Shown here in pieces: positions 1 through 8,100 of a stretch of DNA of 37,557 bases. Every line of letters begins with the position of its first letter. Positions within the stretch are counted from its first letter, which is position 1. The position numbers and the translations under genes are program-made. Origin of the DNA: Kiritimatiellia bacterium (lineage in GTDB: Bacteria; Verrucomicrobiota; Kiritimatiellia; CAIQIC01; Lenti-01); NCBI GenBank assembly GCA_045627965.1, contig JAZQOP010000083.1, positions 1 through 37,557 of the forward strand, given 5' to 3'. The notes under the pieces are model-generated. The model saw nothing but the letters and a program-made list of their open reading frames with translations, did no database searches and had not been told where the DNA came from.

Positions 1-112
1 GGCTTTTCCGTCCGACGCGGGCCGTATTCGGCAGGGATCGCGGTCCCGCGGTAGCCGAATGGGGGGCCTAAGGGATGGCCATTCGGCCCCTGGCGGGCGG
101 TTCGACCGACGG

Positions 113-138
113 CGGGCCGCTCGGAGAGCGGCCCCTAC
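113..138 (-). repeat. GTAG-type REP element
   Basis: Reverse complement reads GTAG-GGGCCGCTC-tcc-GAGCGGCCC-G: GTAG followed by a perfect 9-bp hairpin. Its + strand partner is only partly recognisable at 17-24. Confidence 0.8.
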
Positions 139-160
139 CAAAAGGGGCCTCACATGGGGG

Positions 161-207
161 GCAAAATCCGCAAAAATCCCAATGTTCAACCGAAAAATCA
201 CGGAATG
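161..207 (+). repeat. 47-bp A-rich repeat, copy 1 of 4 (others at 416-462, 1851-1897, 2189-2235)
   Basis: Approximate consensus GCAAAATnnGCAAAAAnnnnAATGTTynACCGAAAAATCACGGrATG, seen four times in direct orientation. Confidence 0.85.
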
Positions 208-254
208 TGCGGGGCGAATTTTGGGCGAGATTTTTGCGGGTTGGTGGCATTTCG

Positions 255-394
255 GTAGGGCCCGGTCTCCGAGCGGGCCGTATTCGGCAGGGATCGCGGT
301 CCCGCGGTGGCCGAATGGGGTGCCTAAGGGATGGCCATTCGGCCCCTGGCGGGCGGTTCGACCGACGGCGGGCCGCTCGGAGAGCGGCCCCTAC
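255..394. repeat. REP doublet (REPIN-like, 140 bp): inverted GTAG-REPs at 255-280 (+) and 369-394 (-)
   Basis: gtagggcccggtctccgagcgggccg at 255-280 and cgggccgctcggagagcggcccctac at 369-394 are imperfect inverted copies, each GTAG plus a hairpin. Confidence 0.8.
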
Positions 395-519
395 CAAAAG
401 GGGCTTTCACATGTTGCAAAATGTGCAAAAAATCTAATGTTTAACCGAAAAATCACGGGATGCTGGGCGGCTTTTCCGGGCGGGGGGCGAGGGCTTGCTT
501 TCGCATTCAGCGGATACGT

Positions 520-558
520 TGTGGACAAAATTCAAGTTGGACTTGAAATTTGTCCACA
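520..558. promoter_or_regulatory. 18-bp inverted repeat, putative operator overlapping the -35 box
   Basis: tgtggacaaaattcaagt-tgg-acttgaaatttgtccaca; the arms match at 17 of 18 positions. Confidence 0.7.
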
Positions 559-571
559 CATGGGCTAGGCT
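543..571 (+). promoter_or_regulatory. Sigma70-like promoter of the ATPase gene
   Basis: TTGAAA (543-548), 17-bp spacer, TAGGCT (566-571). SD-like GAGG before ATG 605. Confidence 0.6.
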
Positions 572-604
572 CGCTCTCGACGGAAGGATGAAAGAGGTCG
601 AATC

Positions 605-1762
605 ATGATTCAACGGGCCATTGCCGATCGGGTTCGCGAGCTGGCGAAGACGTTTCCGGTGGTCACCATCGAGGGGCCGCGGCAAAGCGGGAAGACGACG
701 CTGGCCCGAATGGTGTTCCCGGACTATGCCTATGCCAATCTGGAGGATACGTCGACGCGCGCCCTGGCGGAGCAGGATCCTCGAGGTTTTTTGGAGAAAT
801 ACCCCGCGCCGGCCATCATCGACGAGATCCAGCGCGTGCCGGCCCTGCTGGGCGATTTGCAGGTGAAGGTGGACCGCCTGGGGGGAAATGGGCTCTACAT
901 CCTGACGGGTTCGCACCAGCCGCAGCTCAAGGCCGGCATTGCGCAGTCGCTGGCGGGCCGCACGGCGCTGGTGACGCTTTTGCCGCTCTCGATCGCCGAA
1001 TTGAAGGGCGCGGGGGGGGGGCTGACCCGTGACGAGTACATTTTCCGCGGCTTCCTGCCGGCCGTCTATGACCGGGCGCAGAATCCGTCGGATGCCTACG
1101 AGGCCTACTATCGGACCTATGTCGAGCGGGATGTCCGCCAGCTGATCCAGTTGACGCACCAGGGCGCGTTCGAGCTTTTCCTGCGCCTGCTGGCGGGGCG
1201 TGTCGGGCAGGTGGCCAACCTGGACGGCCTGTCCGGCGAGGTCGGGGTCAGCGGTACGACCCTGAAGGAATGGCTTTCCGTGCTGGAGGCGAGCTTTGTC
1301 ATCTTCCGTCTGCAGCCCTACTACAACAATTTCGGCAAACGCTTCGTCAAATCGCCGAAAATCTACTTTACCGAGGTCGGCCTGGCCGCGCATCTTCTCG
1401 GGCTGGATTCCGCGGAGCAGGTGGGGCGCGACCCGCTTCTCGGTGGGCTTTTCGAGAACATGGTGGTGCTGGAGGTCCTGAAGGCGTGCCACAACTTGGG
1501 ACGCGGCGGGCGGCTCTACTACATGCGCGACAAGCGGGGCGTCGAGGTCGATTTGGTTTTGGAACGGCAACGGAAGCTCCTGTTCGCCGAGATCAAGAGC
1601 GCCATGACGCCCCATGAGGAGATGGCGAAGAACATCCGCGCCATGCGGCGCGCGACCGGAGAGGGCGAGAACGCCGTCGTCATCTACAACGGCGAGCCCT
1701 GGCCCCTCCCGGGGTGCGATGGGTTCATCCCGTTCCAGGATGCCGGGACCATTGTCGGGTAA
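605..1762 (+). CDS. AAA_14 family ATPase with C-terminal DUF4143 (PD-(D/E)XK-like) domain, 385 aa
   Basis: Walker A GPRQSGKTT, Walker B IIDEIQ, family motifs LTGS, SLAGR, KSPKIYFTEVGL, LFENMV, and C-terminal EVDLVLE...AEIKS. Confidence 0.92.
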   Translation: MIQRAIADRVRELAKTFPVVTIEGPRQSGKTTLARMVFPDYAYANLEDTSTRALAEQDPRGFLEKYPAPAIIDEIQRVPALLGDLQVKVDRLGGNGLYILTGSHQPQLKAGIAQSLAGRTALVTLLPLSIAELKGAGGGLTRDEYIFRGFLPAVYDRAQNPSDAYEAYYRTYVERDVRQLIQLTHQGAFELFLRLLAGRVGQVANLDGLSGEVGVSGTTLKEWLSVLEASFVIFRLQPYYNNFGKRFVKSPKIYFTEVGLAAHLLGLDSAEQVGRDPLLGGLFENMVVLEVLKACHNLGRGGRLYYMRDKRGVEVDLVLERQRKLLFAEIKSAMTPHEEMAKNIRAMRRATGEGENAVVIYNGEPWPLPGCDGFIPFQDAGTIVG

Positions 1763-1784
1763 AGGGGCGACGGGGCCGCCCCGA

Positions 1785-1829
1785 CGCCCCCCAACGGGAC
1801 GACAGGACTCACGTGACGCACGGGATGGG
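1785..1829 (+). repeat. Short degenerate 9-mer tandem array (ACGGGACNN-like), second copy at 2122-2167
   Basis: cgccccccaacgggacgacaggactcacgtgacgcacgggatggg vs cgccccccgacgggacgcacaggacccacgggacgaacgggatggg. Confidence 0.7.
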
Positions 1830-1943
1830 CCTGCGGGGCCCTGTTTGGGGGCAAAATGCGCAAAAATGCCAATGTTTCACCGTAAAACAGCGGAATGTGG
1901 TGGGCGGGTTTGGGGCCGTTTTTTGCGGGTTGGTGGCATTTCG

Positions 1944-2083
1944 GTAGGGCCCGGTCTCCGAGTGGGCCGCATTCGGCAAAAATCGCGGGCCCGCTGGAGG
2001 TCGAATGATCGCCCAAGGGCTGTCCGTTCGGTCCCGGCCGGGCGGTTCCACCGGCAACGGGCCGCTCGGAGACCGGCCCCTGC
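1944..2083. repeat. REP doublet (REPIN-like, 140 bp), diverged copy
   Basis: gtagggcccggtctccgagtgggccg at 1944-1969 and inverted cgggccgctcggagaccggcccctgc at 2058-2083. Same span as 255-394, and the upstream flank tttttgcgggttggtggcatttcg is shared. Confidence 0.8.
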
Positions 2084-2736
2084 CAAAGGGGGCTATGATT
2101 GGACAAAATGGGGGCAATGGGCGCCCCCCGACGGGACGCACAGGACCCACGGGACGAACGGGATGGGGCGGCGGGGGGCCGATGGGGGGCAAAATGTGCA
2201 AAAAGCCCAATGTTCCACCGAAAAATCACGGGATGCGGGGGGGGGCGGGTTTGGGGGCGGGCGCGGGGTGGGTGGATGGCGGGTTTGTTGTGCCATTTTG
2301 TTGCATGTTCGATTTTGCTCAAAATGGACGAAAAACGGAAAGGGAACAAAAACGGGAATTTCCGGAAGGCGCGGCTAAAACGTTTTACCCTATTTATGCA
2401 AGAAAGTGTAGTTTTTCTTGTGCGCGAGGCCGCCGCATGTTAGGATTCCTCCAGTTCGCAGGGTGTACCTGCGGGCCGACAGAATTCGAGATTTGCCCGT
2501 TTTTGGCTGAAAATTGGCGATTTTATGAGAAAAACCTGGCATCGGTTCCGCTGCGGATCATGCCTCTCTTGCGTTGGACGCAGGGAGGACGCGAGAGGTC
2601 TGCACCCGGTTCGTGGCGGTTTTTCAAGCGAATTCAACGCCGCTGTCGCCCTTTGGGCGGAGGTGGTTTTGGCAACGGATGAAACCCTGGGCAGCACCCC
2701 GATGTTTGACGCATCGATGTTGCCGATTGCGAAACG

Positions 2737-5004
2737 ATGACGACCTACGGAAAAGCGACGCTTTCGACTGGAATCGGGTCCGGAAGGGCCTGGTTGCCGG
2801 TGCGTGCACTTCCGTGGGTTGTGCTGGTGGCGTTGTGCCTGATCCTCGGGGCGACGTATTTCGCCTATGCCCCTGTGCGGGACGCGGATTTCGTCAATTG
2901 GGACGACGGGGTCTACGTGATGGGGAACTACCGTGTCCAGCAGTGGGGCTGGGACACGATGGTCGACTATTTCCGGATGCAGCCAAAACTGGGGCCGATG
3001 CCGAATGCGCAGTACACGCCGCTGGTGGAAGTGAGCTACGCCATCGAGCATCGTCTGGCGGGGCTGGACCCGAAAGTTTATCACACGACGAACCTGCTGT
3101 TGCATTTGCTGACGACGCTGCTGCTGGCGTGGGCGGTGCGGGAGCTGTGGGGCCGTCGGGGTCGGAGCGCCGGTGAATCGTGGGGCGTTGGCCTGCTGGC
3201 GGCGCTTCTGTTCGGGTTGCATCCGTTGCACGTGGAGAGCGTGGCGTGGGTGACGGAGCGGAAGGACATGCTGAGCGGCTTGTTCTTCGTGCTGTCGCTG
3301 GGGTTGTATCTGCACGGGAAGGGGCGGAGAGCCTGGTGGGGCGCAGGCAGCGTCGTCGCGATGTTCCTGGGTGTGCTGTCGAAGCAGGTGGCGGTGATGG
3401 TGCCGGCATGCCTGGTGCTGTGCGACTGGCTGGCGGAGGGGCGGTTCACGGTTCGGCAGGTCGTGTCGAAATGGGCTTGGTGGCTGGTGTCGGCCTTCGG
3501 GGTCTGGGCGGCGCTCTATTCGCATACGTTGGGCGGGGCATTCACGGGCGGGACGGCGTTCCATCCGGTGGAGAACGTGCTGGTGGCAGGCCGCGGCGTG
3601 GTGCAGTATGTGTGGACCTACGTCTGGCCGTTCGCGCTGAGCACGTTGTACACGCTGCCGGACTGGGCGGAAATCCCGAAACTGGCGTTTGCCGCGTGTG
3701 CGCTGGGCACGGTGCTGGCGACGGTCGGCGCGTGGGCGTTGCGCAAGCGGGTGCCGGAGGTGTTCTTCGGGTGGATGTTCTTCCTGCTGGCGCTGGCGCC
3801 GAGCTCCCGCCTGGTGCCGGTGGGCATCCGCTTCCTGTCGGCGGACCGCTTCTTCTACGTGCCGGGCATCGGCCTGCTGGTGCTGACGGCGTGGGGGCTC
3901 GCGAAGCTGGCGGCGTGCGGCGGCGGATGGGCGTGGGGCACGGCGGCGCTGGCGGCGGTGTTGTGCCTGGCGTGGGGATGGGGAACGCGCGCCCGCACGG
4001 GCGTGTGGCAGAACGACGCCGCGCTGTGGGAAAGCATGGCGGCGACGGCGGAAGATTCGTCGATCCCCCTGAACGGGCTGGGGTGGCAGGAGTTGTTGGT
4101 CAAGCATTCGCCGAGCAATGCGGTGAAGAAGGCGTTCGCGGCGCTGGAGAAGGATTCGCTGGATGCGGGGGCGCTGAGCTTGCTGTCGGAAGTGGCCTAC
4201 CAGAACGGGGAGCTGAACAAGTTCCTGAAATTCGCGAGCTATGCGGAAGAGGCTTCCGGGGGCGATGTGATGCAGAGCCGTCCGCGCGTGTCGTGGGCGC
4301 TGACGTTGCAGGGGAAGGAAGAAGAGGCTGCGGCACTGCTGGAGAGCGTGCTGGAGAAGCAGCCGTTGGCGGCCCCGTACTGGGCGCAGCTGGGCTGGAC
4401 GAAATGGCACGGCGGGGACGAGGCCGGGGCGGCGGCGGCGCTTTCACGCGCGAAAGAACTGGACGCGGGCGCGCGCGAACTGTATCGGGTGCTTTGGGGC
4501 GAAAAGGGCGAGAAGGGGGCGGGGTATGGCGAGTGGGAAAAGCTGGCGGCGGCGAGCTCGGGCTGGTTTGTGTTGCAGTATACGGCGGGACAGGATGCGC
4601 ATTTGACGCTGGACATGGCGCTTGGTGCACAGGCGGAGGAGGAGCGGCTGACGGCGGCCATGGAGCGCCTGCTGCCACCTTGGGACGCCGTGATGAACGA
4701 CGAAGACGCTCCGTTGGACGCCCGCATCTGGGCGGCGGACGTGCACCGGAAGACGGCGGTGACGGAGTACAATTTGGCCTGCCTGCTGTGCAAGGCGGGG
4801 AATTTGACGGGGGCGGCGTCGCGCTTGGAGCGGGCGATGGATTTAGACGAAACCTTGCGCGCCAATGCGCAGGAGGACGAAGATTTACAGGCCATCCGAG
4901 GCCGTTTCTTCCCCGAAGAGGCGGATTTGGAGGCCGAGGAAAAAGAGGAAGGGGACGCGGACGCCGCGTTGGCCTTCCCGCAACCATGCGAGGTGGCGAT
5001 ATGA
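2737..5004 (+). CDS. TMTC-like GT-C protein O-glycosyltransferase (putative mannosyltransferase) with C-terminal TPR repeats, 755 aa
   Basis: Multi-TM N-terminal half with FVNWDD acidic motif after TM1, YHTTNLLLH, LFGLHPLHVESVAWVTERKD, LSKQ, ADRFFYVP and RTGVWQND, followed by TPR-like helices (YNLACLLCKAGNLTGAASRLERAMDLD). Start codon uncertain. Confidence 0.85.
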   Translation: MTTYGKATLSTGIGSGRAWLPVRALPWVVLVALCLILGATYFAYAPVRDADFVNWDDGVYVMGNYRVQQWGWDTMVDYFRMQPKLGPMPNAQYTPLVEVSYAIEHRLAGLDPKVYHTTNLLLHLLTTLLLAWAVRELWGRRGRSAGESWGVGLLAALLFGLHPLHVESVAWVTERKDMLSGLFFVLSLGLYLHGKGRRAWWGAGSVVAMFLGVLSKQVAVMVPACLVLCDWLAEGRFTVRQVVSKWAWWLVSAFGVWAALYSHTLGGAFTGGTAFHPVENVLVAGRGVVQYVWTYVWPFALSTLYTLPDWAEIPKLAFAACALGTVLATVGAWALRKRVPEVFFGWMFFLLALAPSSRLVPVGIRFLSADRFFYVPGIGLLVLTAWGLAKLAACGGGWAWGTAALAAVLCLAWGWGTRARTGVWQNDAALWESMAATAEDSSIPLNGLGWQELLVKHSPSNAVKKAFAALEKDSLDAGALSLLSEVAYQNGELNKFLKFASYAEEASGGDVMQSRPRVSWALTLQGKEEEAAALLESVLEKQPLAAPYWAQLGWTKWHGGDEAGAAAALSRAKELDAGARELYRVLWGEKGEKGAGYGEWEKLAAASSGWFVLQYTAGQDAHLTLDMALGAQAEEERLTAAMERLLPPWDAVMNDEDAPLDARIWAADVHRKTAVTEYNLACLLCKAGNLTGAASRLERAMDLDETLRANAQEDEDLQAIRGRFFPEEADLEAEEKEEGDADAALAFPQPCEVAI

Positions 5005-5102
5005 TGACGAAACGAAGCAATACCGGATGGACGGCGTTTTTCGGGCGGTGGATTGCGCTCGGAGCGCTGGTGATGGGATTTGGAGCGTCGGTGGCGCAAG
5101 GC
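5001..5102 (+). other. Sec signal peptide of the giant protein
   Basis: Basic N-region (KR), hydrophobic IALGALVMGFG, and a putative AQG|A cleavage site. Confidence 0.75.
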
Positions 5103-8100
5103 GCCATTAAGGAAAACTTCGAAGTTTTGGGAACTGGTTTCGGGACCACCAGTTGGCGGACCTATACCGGGACGGCGACGCTGACCGTCAAGACCGGCCG
5201 CTATTATTCGACTTCCGGTGCCGCGGTGGGAACGAAGGCGGCGAACTTCTCGTCCAAGGGCGGTCTTGTGGCCTACAACGCGAACGGCATCGGGAGCGTG
5301 AGCTTCTACTACAAGAATTGGTCGACCAAGAGCACCGTCACCTTGCGGATGGTGGCGACGTTGGGCGGGAAGAGCACTTATAAGACGTTTTCGTTCACTA
5401 CGACGGGATGGGTGTCCACGAGCTGGACCCCCGGGCTGACGGGGACGGGAGCGGCATCGTTTTCCGTGACGAACTCGGCGAACGCCTACCGTTTCTTCAT
5501 CGACGAGTTCACGTTGACGGATGGAGCGGTGGCCCCCGTGGAAGGCGACGTCTGGATTTGCCCGGAGACGACGGGGAACCTGGGGACGTACGAGGTGGGG
5601 TCGACATTGGGGGATATGTGGCTGAACTGCCAGATCGGGCAGCAGAGCTGGAACATGTCGCAGGTGGGGATTGGGCTTGCGGGGACGGAGAACACGTGGC
5701 AGAGCTGGTATACGCTGTCGTGGTATGCGGACGGGGACGGGAGCAACAAGAAGGTCCATGCGAACCTGAACGGGTACCAGTTCACGTCGGTGGGACAGTA
5801 TAACATTATTTACCAGGCGAACAACGGCGGGACGACGACGAGCTGGTCCGGGGACGGGTGGACGAATGCAGGGGCGTATCCTCCGGCGAGCATCGGGGCG
5901 ACGTATTTCACGGTGACGGCGGTGGGGGTGCCGACGGGGTGCTCGGTGTCGGGGGCGACGACGACGTCGCTGACGGTGAACTGGACGAAGAACTCGTATA
6001 ATGACAAGGTGATGGTCGTGCGCTGCGCGAGCGGTGCGACGGCGCCGACGCCGGTGAACGGGACGTCGTATGCGGCGGGGGCGTCGATCGGTTCGGGGAC
6101 GGTCGTCTATCCGGCGGGGACGGGGACGAGCAAGACGGACACGGGGCTGTCGGGGGCGACGACGTATGACTACTATGTCTTTTCGTGCAACAACAACTAC
6201 TATTCGTCGGGCGTGAAGGTGTCGGGGACGACGCTGACGCCCGAGACGCCCCCGTCGTGGAGCGCGTCGACGGACACGGCGACGGGGACGGCGGGCGTGG
6301 CGATGACCTACACGCCGAGCGGAGCGAGCGGGTCGCCGACTCCGACGGTGACGTTGCAGTCGAGCAGCGCGGCCGCTTCGACGTATTCGTTCACGGGCGG
6401 GAAGCTGACGTTTACGCCGGCGGCATCGGGGAGCTATACGTTCACGTTCCGGGCGACGAACTCGGCGGGCACGGCGGACAAGACGTTGACGGTGACGGTA
6501 AAGCCGGCGGCGCCGGCGGTGGCGGTCAACAACACGACGGGGAGCACCATCGGCGGGACGATTTCGGGGCTGGAGCCGGGGGCGACGGTGATGCTGCGGA
6601 TGTATGATTCGCTGTCGGCGGCGAATTCCGACACGACGGGGACGAGCGGGACGGATGTTTCGGCAAACGTGACGGTTTCGGGGACGTCGGGGACGTGGAG
6701 CGTGTCGGGCGTGGACGGCTGCACGGCGCGGTCGTTCAAGGCGTGGCAGACGGTCAACGGCCAGAAGAGCGCCGGGTCGGCCGGGGTGACGGGCACGACG
6801 GTGACGCCGGACGCCCCGAGCGTGATCCCGAGCGCGACGCCGACGTCGGTCACCCTCTCCTGGGCGGCCGTCGCCGGGGCGACCCACTACATCGTCAACG
6901 TCTGCCCGGCGAGCGCTTCGTCGAGCGCCAAGGCGGTGGCGCGGGGGACGACGACGGATACGCTGACGCGGGACACTACGGGCATCACACAGACAAGTTA
7001 TACTGCTTGGAGCGGGAAGACCGTTTCCTCGGAGGCGGTCTATGCCGGCACATCGGCGGGCGGCAACACTTCCATTCAGCTCCGTACCAGTTCCAACACG
7101 GGTGTGTACACGACAAGCAGCGGCGGAAAAGCTCTCAAGGTGACCGTTGTGTGGAATACTTCCACTTCGAGCAATCGTGGCCTTCAGGTCTATGGGAGGA
7201 ACACGGCATATACTTCCATTGGCGATGTCTGGGGATCGGCCCCAGGAACGTTGCTGGGCACGATTTCCTACACGAGTTCCAGCTCGTATGACACGGAAGT
7301 GACGATTTCCGGCGATTACGAATATATCGCCTTGAAGCCGACGGGGGGCGCGCTCTATCTGACATCTATCACGATCGACTGGGAGACGGGCGGGGCGAGC
7401 TGCCTGGCGCGCGACGAGGAAGTGGCGGGGACGAGCTGGACGGCGAGCAGCGGGGTGGTGCAGGGGACGACGTATGACTGGAGCGTGGTGGCGGTGGGCG
7501 GCACGGCGCAGTGCGTGAGCGACGCGGCGACGGGCACGGTGACGGCGGGGGCGGAGGACCAGGCGCCGACGTTCGCGGAAGCGAGCGTGAGCTTGACGGG
7601 GACGACGGGGACGGCGGTGACGCATACGCAGACGGCGACGGGGTATCCGGCGGCGATGACGTACAGCATCACGAGCGGGAGCGGGGCGACGGTGAGCGCG
7701 GCGGGCGAGTTCAGCTTTACGCCGAGCGCGGCGGGGACGTATGCGTTCACGGTGCAGGCGGCGAACGGTGTCTTGCCGAATGCCACCTATGCGATCAATG
7801 TGACGGTGAAGCCGGCGACGCCTGTCGTGGCGGTGACGACGGAAGGGGCGGGGAGCCTGTCGGGTACGGTGACGGGGACGGAATCCGGCGCGACGGTCAA
7901 CCTGCGGCGCTATGACACGCAGGAGGCGGCGGATGCGGACACGACGGGGACGGGCGGCTCGGCGGTGACGGTTTCGGGCGGCGCGTTCGACGACACGGGC
8001 CTGGCGGGTTGCACGACCTATTATTATAAGGCATGGCAGACGGCGGGTGGCCAGACGAGCGCCGGCAGCGCCGTCGCCAGCGGCACGGCCGGGCTGGCGG

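Larger units (their letters stand above)
17..462. repeat. Tandem direct repeat with a 256-bp period (REP doublet plus A-rich spacer motif), about 1.75 copies
   Basis: 17-148 nearly matches 273-404 (gcgggccgtattcggcagggatcgcggtcccgcggt...cccctaccaaaagggg), offset 256. The downstream A-rich motif also repeats (161-207 vs 416-462). Confidence 0.9.

Noticed and set aside
59-568. Short ORFs in the repeat regions (also 1614-2682)
   Set aside because: They are translations of non-coding repeats in several overlapping frames, with no protein motifs.
17-2235. Repeats as a CRISPR array
   Set aside because: Units are 256-338 bp with conserved rather than unique spacers, and there are no cas genes. REP doublets fit better.
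3180-5000. N-terminal 607 aa of the 8,240-aa ORF call
   Set aside because: It overlaps the TMTC-like gene out of frame and translates as Gly/Arg-rich noise. The SD, signal peptide and ATGA coupling place the start at 5001.
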